A stretch of DNA of 64,000 bases from Chiloscyllium plagiosum. Lineage: Eukaryota. The DNA is taken from assembly GCF_004010195.1 (NCBI RefSeq), contig NC_057730.1:15798227-15862226 (forward strand), given 5' to 3'. Positions 49,501 through 60,144 of this stretch are shown here, piece by piece. The notes under the pieces were generated by a model. The model was not told the origin of the DNA. It made no database searches and saw only the letters and a list, made by a program, of their open reading frames with translations. Every line of letters begins with the position of its first letter. Position 1 is the stretch's first letter. The translations under genes and the position numbers were made by a program.

Positions 49501-50795
49501 NNNNNNNNNNNNNNNNNNNNNNNNNNNNNNNNNNNNNNNNNNNNNNNNNNNNNNNNNNNNNNNNNNNNNNNNNNNNNNNNNNNNNNNNNNNNNNNNNNNN
49601 NNNNNNNNNNNNNNNNNNNNNNNNNNNNNNNNNNNNNNNNNNNNNNNNNNNNNNNNNNNNNNNNNNNNNNNNNNNNNNNNNNNNNNNNNNNNNNNNNNNN
49701 NNNNNNNNNNNNNNNNNNNNNNNNNNNNNNNNNNNNNNNNNNNNNNNNNNNNNNNNNNNNNNNNNNNNNNNNNNNNNNNNNNNNNNNNNNNNNNNNNNNN
49801 NNNNNNNNNNNNNNNNNNNNNNNNNNNNNNNNNNNNNNNNNNNNNNNNNNNNNNNNNNNNNNNNNNNNNNNNNNNNNNNNNNNNNNNNNNNNNNNNNNNN
49901 NNNNNNNNNNNNNNNNNNNNNNNNNNNNNNNNNNNNNNNNNNNNNNNNNNNNNNNNNNNNNNNNNNNNNNNNNNNNNNNNNNNNNNNNNNNNNNNNNNNN
50001 NNNNNNNNNNNNNNNNNNNNNNNNNNNNNNNNNNNNNNNNNNNNNNNNNNNNNNNNNNNNNNNNNNNNNNNNNNNNNNNNNNNNNNNNNNNAATGGTAAG
50101 GTCCTAGGGAGTGTTGCTGAACAAAGAGACCTTGGAGTGCAGGTTCTTGAAAGTGGAGTCACAGGTAGATAGGATAGTGAAGAAGGCGTTTGGTATGCTT
50201 TCCTTTATTGGTCAGAGCATTGAGTACAGGAGTTGGGAGGTCATGTTGTGGCTGTACAGGACATTGGTTAGGCCACTCTTGGAATATTGAGTGCAATTCT
50301 GGTCTCCTTCCTATTGGAAAGATGTTTTGAAACTTGAAAGGTTTCAGAAAAGATTTACAAGGACGTTGCCAGGGGTTGGAGGATCTGAGCTACAGGGAGA
50401 GGCTGAACAGGCTGGGTCTGTTTTCCCTGGAGCTTCGGAGGCTGAGGGGTGACCTTATAGAGGTTTACAAAATGATGAAGGTCATAGATAGGATAAATAG
50501 TCAAAGTCTTTTCCCTGGGGTCGGGGAGTCCAGAACTAGAGGGCATAGGTTTAGTGTGAGAGGGGAAAGATATAAGAGACCTAAGGGACAACTTTTTCAC
50601 GCAGAGGGTGGTACATGTATGGAATGAGTTGCCAGAGGATGTGGAGGCTGGTACAATTGCAACATTTAAGAGGCATTTGGATGGGTATATGAATAGGAAG
50701 GGTTTGGAGGGATATAGGCCGGGTGCTAGCAGGTGGGACTAGATTGGGTTGGGATATCTGGTTGGTATGGACGGATTAGACCAAAGGGTCTGTTT
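46510..50795 (+). mobile_element. Near full-length CR1 LINE: 5' UTR, ORF1 (SGNH esterase), ORF2 (APE endonuclease...RT C-terminus), 3' UTR; interrupted by an assembly gap
   Basis: ORF1 motifs VLGDSLV, FPGARIKDV, VHIGTNDIG, DGLHLN; ORF2 motifs YYRPP, VGDFNFP, LDLLL, SDHN; RRLRGDLIEVYK; stops and frameshifts present. Confidence 0.92.
49224..50091. other. Assembly gap (others at 7711-7736 and 51288-51787)
   Basis: Run of N. Confidence 1.
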
Positions 50796-50879
50796 AGCCC
50801 AAGCAAAACAGCATTGGTTTGAGCTACTCCCTTACTTTCTTCATGGAAACAGAAATACTTCCCTTCAATTATGTATCCA

Positions 50880-51208
50880 ATTCCAAAGGGACCAATTGGC
50901 TCGAGTATGGGGGAAGGGGAAGTTCTGCCAAAGGGCTGGCAGAGGCTGGGGGGGGCCGAACGGCCTGTGCCTGTGCGGTGATTCTCATCAGGTGGCTGAG
51001 AGGACAGCGTGAGCGCCTGCAGTAACCTGATTCTCCCACCAGAGTGCAGTGTGGCGCCGTCTCTCTCCCAGTCTGCTGTTGCCATGGGGATCAGTGCGCG
51101 TCATCGAGCCCGCGTCGTCACTGACGCAAACAGATCGCGCCGGAAGTGCCTGGTGTGGCGCTGGAAACGTGCTGTGGCCGGGAGACGGAGGGGAATGATC
51201 CGGGGGCC
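50880..51208 (+). promoter_or_regulatory. TBL3 CpG-rich promoter and 5' UTR
   Basis: CCAATTGG (about 50892), X-box-like GTTGCCATGG (51078), inverted CRE half-sites CGTCACTGACG (51116-51126), ETS/GABP-type CCGGAAGTG (51140-51148), local CpG enrichment. Confidence 0.7.
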
Positions 51209-51240
51209 ATGGCGAGCCCCGCTGTACACTTCAAAACAAA
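51209..51240 (+). CDS. TBL3: Transducin beta-like 3 (UTP13, WD40 SSU processome component), exon 1 coding part
   Basis: GCC ATG G Kozak context; MASPAVHFKT(N); gtgagt donor. Confidence 0.9.
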
Positions 51241-53147
51241 GTGAGTGTGAGGCATCTCCCTCCAACAACATCCACACCATCCCCTCANNNNNNNNNNNNN
51301 NNNNNNNNNNNNNNNNNNNNNNNNNNNNNNNNNNNNNNNNNNNNNNNNNNNNNNNNNNNNNNNNNNNNNNNNNNNNNNNNNNNNNNNNNNNNNNNNNNNN
51401 NNNNNNNNNNNNNNNNNNNNNNNNNNNNNNNNNNNNNNNNNNNNNNNNNNNNNNNNNNNNNNNNNNNNNNNNNNNNNNNNNNNNNNNNNNNNNNNNNNNN
51501 NNNNNNNNNNNNNNNNNNNNNNNNNNNNNNNNNNNNNNNNNNNNNNNNNNNNNNNNNNNNNNNNNNNNNNNNNNNNNNNNNNNNNNNNNNNNNNNNNNNN
51601 NNNNNNNNNNNNNNNNNNNNNNNNNNNNNNNNNNNNNNNNNNNNNNNNNNNNNNNNNNNNNNNNNNNNNNNNNNNNNNNNNNNNNNNNNNNNNNNNNNNN
51701 NNNNNNNNNNNNNNNNNNNNNNNNNNNNNNNNNNNNNNNNNNNNNNNNNNNNNNNNNNNNNNNNNNNNNNNNNNNNNNNNNNNNNNNCCTGATGTTAAAA
51801 CAGGACATTGGAATGTATTCCTTAATTATCTTTTCAATTGAGGAGGGAAAAAAATCATTCAAACGTTTTCATCATGTGATTGTAATTTATTGCTAGATTA
51901 AATAATTTTATCTGGATTATAACAAGTGATACCTTTTGAACAATCAGGCTATCCAGTAAACAGTGATGAGTAAATTTGAGATACAGCCATTTTTGCTGAA
52001 ATAATCTAGAGGACTAGAAACAGTGTACCTCGTATTTTGGATCAAAACTATGAGCCAGAGTTCTTGCATCAAACAAGATTTGGTGAGTTATGTGGTGTGG
52101 TTATGCAACAGATGCCTTTTTAGTTACATGGTTCATGACAGTCGTTTCAGGTGCATCTGCAGCTGTTAATGTGGAAAGATGTTGCCTTGCACTCTTGAGA
52201 GTGATGGTCTAAATGATTTGTCACTGTGGGGTGAAGTGGAGGGAGGCTTCTGTATAATGGCCACATGGTTTCTTCTGAGACTACACTGTTTACAAAGATA
52301 GAAAATGGGAAGGAAGGCACAGAAGATAATAGACCATCTCCTTACATCTGTAAATTATAACTATGGTGATGTGAATGCAGTATGGATATTCTCAAGTAGC
52401 ATACCAGGTGGCTTCCAATGGCCCAGTATGGTGGTATGGGCCTGGGCCTAGCAGGACAGTCTGCCAGTGTGGCAGTCTTGTCCAGGAAAGGCAGTCTTGG
52501 TATGGGGTGGTGTTCTTGTCCTAGCATGGAGGTCTTCAGCGGTGGCTTTTGGGTTTTCCAGAAGTCCTGTGTCAAGGTCTAGTCCCAGCATGGAGGTTTT
52601 GGCCTGATTTTCCAGTGTACCCTAAACCCAGGAGTTACTATTTAAACTGTGATAAATTTTTACTTTTTTTTATGACTTCTGTCATAAATTTAGATGCTGT
52701 GTTATGGCGACTTACAACTTGTCATTGTATTTCTTTTGTAAAAATGCATGTGACAATAAATTGCTGATCTATCCTGTTTCTGCATGGAATGTCCATATAG
52801 ATTTCCTTGCAGAGTTTATACATATATTATTACATAGCCAGGCACAATGTAAAGTATAGCATAGATGTCTAGGATAATTCAATATTCAAGAGATTGTGGG
52901 TGAAACTTGGATACTCACCCAACTTTTAAAAAATTGTGGATAATGGGCTGGATTTTAATCATTCAGACTTTCTTACTGTAGAGGAGGGTAACAAGGTATC
53001 AACAACTTAAAACATTACTGTTTAACACAAGTGGAAATCCATTTGGGGCACGGGGAGTAAATTGTAAATGCCTCTTCACTGTGGATCTCACTAAGAGCTC
53101 TGATTTTAAGCCTGAGGAATACTGTTGTCATGGGCTTTCTGGAACCT

Positions 53148-53550
53148 TGGCGTGGAGGACTGGGTTGGACAAACCTAAACATCGCACAACACCAGGTTAT
53201 AGTCTAACGGGTTTATTTGGAAGTACTAGCTTTCAGAGCTCTGCTCCTTCATCGGTAACTAGTGAGGCAGGATCATAAGACACAGAATTTATAGCAAAAG
53301 ATCACAGCATTATGCAATTAAAACAATATATTGAACAAACCTAGATTGTCTTTCATCTTTTAGAATGGGTTGCAGGTTTTGGTTCATTAATATGTAAATT
53401 CCCAAGCTTCTTTTAAGTCACATTCTCGAGATAATTTAAGGTTTTATGGTCCTGCCCCACTAGGTACCTGATGAAGGAGCAGTGCTCCGAAAGCTAGTGC
53501 TTCCAAATAAACCTGATGGACTATAACCTGGTGTTGTGTGATTGTTAACC
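53148..53550 (-). mobile_element. Family 1 palindromic hammerhead element with a spacer of about 200 bp
   Basis: 11-bp TSD TTCTGGAACCT (53137-53147, 53551-53561); intact + strand core GTAC CTGATGA AGGAGCAGTGCTCC GAAAG CTA GTGC at 53464-53500. Confidence 0.85.
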
Positions 53551-53749
53551 TTCTGGAACCTGTCACATTAAACAAGGAAGACTTATGTTGGCAGAACTTG
53601 TTCTGGCAAGACTTTGGTTTGCAATTTGTTTCAAAATGCATATCATTTATTTGCATTTTCTGAGATTTGACGGTCAAGGAAGGAGGTGAGGGAAGACAGG
53701 TCTGCAGTGACCTGACCATCCTTGACAATGTTCCCCCACTTGGCTGTCT

Positions 53750-54882
53750 CACAGGAAGGTCATTTTCCAGAAGGTTACATCCATAAAGTCAGGAAGTATA
53801 GGATACAGGGAGATTTGGCTATCTGGATTCAGAATTGGTTGGCCGACAGAAGGCAGAGATTGGTTGTAGATGGTAAGTATTCTGCCAGGAGGTCAGTGTT
53901 GAGTGGGGTCCCGCAGGGCTCTGTTCTTGGGGCACTGCTCTTTGTAGTTTTATAAATGACTTGGATGAGGAGGTTGAGGGGTGGGTTAGTAAATTTGCAG
54001 ATGACACAAAGGTTGGAGGTGCCGTTGATAGTATCGAGGTCTACTGCAGGCTGCAGCGCGACATGGACAGGATGCAGAGCTGGGCTGAGAAGTGACAGAT
54101 GGAGTTCAACCTGGATAAATGTGAAGTGATGCATTTTGGAAGGTCGAACTTGAATGCTGAATATAGGATTAAAGACAGTGTGGAGGAACAGAGGGATCTG
54201 GGTGTGCAAATACATAGATCCCTCAAAGTTGCCACCCAGATGGATAGAGTTGTTAAGAAAGCATACGATGTTTTGGCTTTCATTAACAGGGGGATTGAGT
54301 TTAAGAGCCATGAGGTTTTGCTACAGCTCTACAATTCCCTGGTGAGACCGCACTCGGAATATTGTGTCCAGTTCTGGACGCCCTACTATAGGAAAGATAC
54401 AGAGGCTTTGGAGAGGGTGCAAAGAAGGTTTACCAGGATGCTGCCTGGACTGGAGGGCTTGCCTTATGAAGAAAGGTTGAATAAGCTTGGACTTTTCTCT
54501 CTGGAGAGAAGGAGGAAGAGAGGAGACCTGATCGAGGCATACAAAATAATGAGAGGAATAGATAGAGTCATTAGCCAGAGACTTTTCCCTAGGGCAGGAC
54601 TGACTGGTACGAGGAGTCATTGTTTTAAGATATTAGGGGAAGGGTATAGAGGAGATGTCAGAGGGTGGTTCATTACGCAGAGTTGTGAATGTGTGGAATG
54701 CGTTGCCAGCTGTGGTGGTGGAAGCAGAGTCATTAGGAACATTTAAGTGACTGCTGGACATGCACATGGACAGCAGTGAATTGAGGGGAGCGCAGGTTAA
54801 GTTATTTTATTTTACATTAGGATTAATCCTCGGCACAACATCGTGGGCTAAAGGGCCTGTTCTGTGCTGTACTTTTCTATGT
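53750..54882 (+). mobile_element. CR1 RT C-terminal fragment in TBL3 intron 1
   Basis: SGVPQGSVLG, SKFADDTK, MEFNLDKCEVMHFG, RRKRGDLIEAYK. Confidence 0.92.
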
Positions 54883-56241
54883 GTCAGCAACTGTTTGCAC
54901 TCCTGATGAGTTGACTGGGAAGCTAATCCTCTGCCTGCATATCCTAGCTTCTGGGCGGATCGCTGCCTGGGAGCTGACACAGTCTTGAGGAGCAGCAGCA
55001 GCACATGATGGATGAGGGCGAGCCTGCTACTACTACTGCTGCTGCTCCTGCTGCTGGAGGCCTTGCTGGTCCCTTCGTTCCTGGTTAGAACTGGAGAGAC
55101 GGCTCCCAGATTGCGGTGAAAGTTGACAAAAGGGAAGTACTGATTAAAGGCATAAAAGAGACTCCAGGGCGTCAGACCAAACCACTTGAAATGATTTCCG
55201 AAACAAGCTCTTCCCCGAACAAGTTCTGCAAGCAAACGTCTTCCTGATGTAATCTGACAAATTCCCGAAAGCCCGTGACAACAGTACTCTTGTGTTTGAA
55301 AGCAGCGTTCCTAGTTAAAATAGCAGCAGTGCTTTTACAATAGTCAGACTCACCTGGCCCATGGGAAATTCCCCTTGTGTTAAAGATTGAAGAAACATTG
55401 AAGAAGCAAAGGTCAGCTACTTCCTACTCTTTCCTGTCACGCCAGTCATTACTGGTGTTTAAATGGGTTGCCCACTCAGCATGGCCAGTTAGAATTTCCT
55501 GTAACATAGATCTGGTTTTTGAGTCTGCTACACTTGAAACCCTGCCAGTGGAGCTGAACTGTGAAGAGCTTTATCCCTTGTGTCTGGCCCAGTTTACATT
55601 GTTGATTAGCAGTGCAGGCGTGACTGAAAACTAGGAAATGAATAAGGCAAGGCAGTGATGTCTGTGATTGCAGCAACATGCCCTTGCTTCTGCCATCTCC
55701 ATTTACTAATTAAGCCATTTGTTTGGCAGTTTATGGCCTCTGTGTGCATCTAGTTACATGTTTGTTCTCCTGACATATCAGGTTAAGGAAGATCATGTGA
55801 TAATCCATATGATATAATCAGGAATAGAATGTAGGAATTAAGATGTTTTTCTGTTTGATCCTTGAACATATTTTCAATTTTTTTGCAATGTGTCAGGCAA
55901 AAGGATTCTTTTCATGGAATAACTGCCGACGTGCACAAAATATCTGAAGTAAACAGCATTCCTTAATGGTTTGCTGAAATCCTATTGGTCACATAGTACA
56001 ACTGAACACAGTGGAAGAACAGAAGGCTGTGTTTTTATATTGCTGTAGACATTTGTGTTTGTTTTTAAAAATAGAGTGAAAAGCACCTTTTGGAGTTCTG
56101 TATCATAAAATGAGCAAGAAGGAGTGCCCAGATAATTGACCTGAACCTTACAATTACGCCCACAATTTAAATTCCTTGCAAGTACACCACTTTAAGGTTA
56201 AAATTAGTTTGCCTTCCCCTGTTAATAGCATCATAGAATCA

Positions 56242-56511
56242 AAGTTAAAAATCACACAACACCAGGTTATAGTCCAACAGGTTTAATTGGAAGCACACTA
56301 GCTTTCGGAGCGACGCTTCTCCATCAGGTGATTGTGGAGGGCTCGATCGTAACATAGAATTCTGTGTTACGATCGAGCCCTCCACAATCACCTGATGGAG
56401 GAGCGTCACTCCGAAAGCTAGTGTGCTTCCAATTAAACCTGTTGGACTATAACCTGGTGTTGTGTGATTTTTAACTTTGTACACCCCAGTCCAAGACCGG
56501 CATCTCCGAAT
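56242..56511 (+). mobile_element. Family 1 element forming a near-perfect 240-bp palindrome
   Basis: Arms 56240-56359 and 56360-56479 centred on GAATTC with 3 mismatches; 13-bp TSD CATCATAGAATCA (56229-56241, 56512-56524). Confidence 0.9.
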
Positions 56512-56643
56512 CATCATAGAATCATACAGCATGGAAATGGAGCCTTCAATCCAATCGGCATTGTTTCTCTCAAATGTAAGATCTTGGTAAATTGCTGCTT
56601 CCTCTCTCAGTTGGGTTTAACTTAATTTTTAAATCTCTTTCAG

Positions 56644-56695
56644 CTATGCTGTTTCCAGCAAGATTGAACCATTTTACAAAGGAGGAAAAGTACAG
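56644..56695 (+). CDS. TBL3: TBL3 exon 2
   Basis: ctctttcag acceptor, gtatct donor; 52 nt; YAVSSKIEPFYKGGKVQ. Confidence 0.95.
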
Positions 56696-57083
56696 GTATC
56701 TTTAATATATTGCAATTTTTAAATAAATACTTAAGCTTTTAATTATGAGTAGTATAATTGCTACCAAATATTGAAATGAGGGTTTCTGTCGTGCAATTTT
56801 GATATTGCTGTTTCATAAATGTGACTTTACGAGATAACTGAAAATCAATGATTTGTTCAAGATTGATTTTATGGTTTTACTTCTGCATTTTAAGACCCAG
56901 ATCCATTCTTTTGAATTCTGCTTAGCTTACCTTTACATCTTGTATTCTATCTAAAACAGTAGTAAAACAGAATGTATTCCTGACCAGTTTGTGTCCAATT
57001 TTGGGCTTCCATTGTCCATTTGGAGATGGAAGCATCTTTGCTTTGTTTTGACGCGTTTACTTCAGCCTGTTCTATCATCACAG

Positions 57084-57179
57084 ATAAATAAAGATGGAAC
57101 GTACATGTTCTGTACTTGTGGAACGAAGGTTAATATCGTTGATATCGGAACAGGAAAGGTGACAAGGAGTATTGAACAG
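57084..57179 (+). CDS. TBL3: TBL3 exon 3
   Basis: tcacag acceptor, gtacag donor; 96 nt; INKDGTYMFCTCGTKVNIVDIGTGKVTRSIEQ. Confidence 0.93.
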
Positions 57180-57570
57180 GTACAGAATTACTTCAGTATG
57201 AATGCTTGTAGCTCCTTGTGCTGCTGCTGAGGTCTTCTAGTATATAATGGGGTACAATCCAAGGCCTCCCACTTATGTACCAGGAGAAACATTCCACACT
57301 ATGCCATTGAGGGGCTAAGTGTCTTATTGTGAGTTCTCCCCACCCCTCACCTCAAATGCATGCCCCTGGTATTAGATATTTCAACCCTGGGGAAAAAGAT
57401 TCTAACTGTGTGTCCTATCTGTGCATCTCATAATTTTATAGAAGTCTAACAAGTCTCTCCTCGGCCTCTGCCGCTGCGATGAAAACAATCCGAGTTTTTC
57501 ACGAAACTCATCCTCTCCTCGTCACCTTAGCGATTAAGTGCTGAGCAAGAAGGTCAGTTGGGTACTTTCT

Positions 57571-57872
57571 AGGGTGGTTCAGTGGTTAACACTGTTGCCT
57601 CACAGAGCCAGGGACCCGGGTTCGATTCCAGCCCCAGACAACAGTCTGCGTGGGTTTCCTCCCACAGTCCAAAGATGTGCAGGTTAGTTGAATTGGCCAT
57701 GCTAAGCTGCCCTTAGTGTTCAGGGATGTGTAGGTTAGGTGCACTTGTCAAGGGTAAATGTAGAGTAATAGGTTTGGGGAATGGGTTTGGGTGGGTTACT
57801 CTTCGGAGGATTGCTATGGACTTGTTAGGCCGAAGACCTGTTTCCACACTGTATGGATTCTCTGAATCTATG
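57571..57872 (+). mobile_element. HE1-type SINE
   Basis: GGTTCAGTGGTTAACAC..GGTTCGATTCC..CR1-like tail. Confidence 0.85.
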
Positions 57873-58239
57873 ATCGACTGCCAAGCTGTTAAGACTCTTA
57901 AGGAGTCAATTAAAGACAATTTAATGCATTGAACTTAGAATCTCTCCAATCCCCATCTTGCTGTGGTAACTAGTTTCCCAACTTGGAAAGCATGGTTGTC
58001 CTGACTACAGGGTGAGGGCCTCTGGTTGCCCCTGTTGTGATCAGTGAGGGTCAAGGGTTAGCCTGTGAAAAGCCATGCTCTTTACAATTGTACAAATTTA
58101 TGAATTTCCTTCCACGATCTGTTGAGTTGAAAATTTTCTGTGATTTGATGTCATCCACAAATGTAGAAATTCCTCTGACAGAGGTCCCCAAATCTAGTGT
58201 TAAATTCTTAAATTTATAGAGTTTTTTTAAAGATATATT

Positions 58240-58490
58240 AGAGACCTAATGGGCAAGGTTTCATTCAGCGGGTGGTACATGTATAGAATGAGTTGCCTGA
58301 GAAAGTGGTGGAGGCGTGTACAGTTGTAATATTTAAAAGGCATCTGGATGGGTATATGAATAGGAAAGGTTTGGAGGGATATGGGCCGGGTGCTGGCAGG
58401 TGTGACTAGATTGGGTTGGGATATCTGATCGGCATGGATGGATTGGACCGAAGAGTCTGTTTCTGTGCTCTACATCTCTATGACTATGAG
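58240..58490 (+). mobile_element. CR1 3' end
   Basis: 3' UTR nearly identical to 50.6-50.8 kb. Confidence 0.85.
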
Positions 58491-58760
58491 TTAGAAACCA
58501 GGAGTGTAACAGACAAATATTTCATATTAAGACTTTCAGTGAATGGAAAATAAGTGACCCAACCAGACTGGACTGATCACTATCTGTGATAACTGATGAT
58601 AGAATAAATTAGACAATGTGGGTGATTGAACAAAAACTTAGTTGGAGTCAATTTTTCAACTTTTTTCCACATTATATACAGAGGGTAAAAACTCAAGCTG
58701 GTTTCACAAGTGAATTTTGTTTTGCATTGATTAAGATTTTCCTGCTTCTTTTTCTTGCAG

Positions 58761-58808
58761 GAGGATCAAGAAGACATTACCTGCTTCAGTATCAGCCCTG
58801 ATGATGAG
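58761..58808 (+). CDS. TBL3: TBL3 exon 4 (gene continues beyond the window)
   Basis: tttcttgcag acceptor, gtagtt donor; 48 nt; EDQEDITCFSISPDDE. Confidence 0.93.
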
Positions 58809-59809
58809 GTAGTTATTGGGAACGAAAATGCTTTCATTCTTCTGAACTATCATTTATATACAAAGATGTGATTTTCCACTGTGGTCTGACATTGTTAAGT
58901 CTATCATTTTATACAATATGCTACATTAGCACAGACATGTTCGTGCAATCCTGCAATACATTACACCAGCTGCAGATCAAAACTTTCCAAAAACTGAAAG
59001 ATTGGAAGCAACTGATTAATTATGATCGATCGGTAGACTGTTTAGAAGAGCTCTGATGTAGAGTCATCTCGACTGGAGCTTGCTCTCTCTCTCTCATGCA
59101 CGCGCGCTCTCTCGCTCTCTGTCTCTCGTTCTCACTTGTGCTCTCGCTCTCTCTATCTGTGAATGCTGCCTGACCTGCTGTGATTTCCAGCATTTTGTTT
59201 TCAGCACAGATTCCAGCATCTGCGGTGTTTTGTTCCAACCCATTAGAAGGTTTGCTTGAGAGGGATGACAGAGGACTCTTTTTCTCACTAAAAAAACAGA
59301 GGAGATGAAATGCCTGAAACTCTCAACATATCCTCCACCCAGTGACCACTGTCACTACTTGTTCATTTGCTGAGACAAAAAGCTGCAAAGTGACTCAGTG
59401 CCATTGCGAAGTGGTTGCGAACGTTTGAAGCTGCACATTGCTTGGCCATGTTCAGCTCAGTTGGACGAGATCTATTCAACGTGAACAGAAGCTCAATAGT
59501 GAGATGAAGCAGGGTTGGTAAAAGGTGCAGAGAAAATGCATTGACTTCCATTGACCAAGTTTGAAGACTGAGATGTGACTTAATTGAGGTGTGCAAAATG
59601 ATGAGATATTTGGATAGAGTGGACAGGGAAGACCAGATTTCTCTGTTGGAGTAGTCATTGACCAAACGCACAGATTGTTGAAGGATTAGAGGAACAACAT
59701 ACAAAACAAGGTAAATGAGCTTGTAGTGCAGATTGAAATTGGCAGATACAATTTTGTATACTTCAGAGATGTAGCTACAAAGGGATTAGAGCTAGAAACT
59801 AAACATGCG

Positions 59810-60140
59810 TGCACGGTGGCTCAGTGGTTAGCACTACTGCCTCACAGTGCCAAGGACCCGGGTTCAAGGCCCGCCTCGGGTGACTCTTTGTGTGGAGTTT
59901 GCACATTCTCCTCATGTCTGTGTGGGTCTCCACCCACACTCCAAAGGTGTGCAAGTTAGGTGGAATGGCTGTGCTAAATTGCCCTGGAGTGTCCACGGAT
60001 GTGTAAGCTAGATGGGTTAGCCATGAGAAATGCAAGGTTACAGGGATAAGGTGGGTGGCGGGTTCTGAATGGGACTTCTTCAGAGGATTGGTATGGACTT
60101 GAGGGCTGAATGGCGTCTTTCCACACTGTAGGGATTCTAC
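59810..60140 (+). mobile_element. HE1-type SINE
   Basis: GCACGGTGGCTCAGTGGTTAGCAC..TTTCCACACTGTAGGGATTCT. Confidence 0.87.
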
Positions 60141-60144
60141 GATA

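Noticed and set aside
49157-51896. Long ORFs of 183-316 aa in the ORF track
   Set aside because: They run through N gaps and are artefacts
53575-53615. Walker A-like GRTCSGKT in one reading frame
   Set aside because: There is an in-frame TAA just upstream, the inverted partner lacks the first Gly, and substitutions do not favour a single frame; treated as non-coding repeat
54900-54925. CTGATGAG resembling a hammerhead core
   Set aside because: No stem II followed by GAAA downstream
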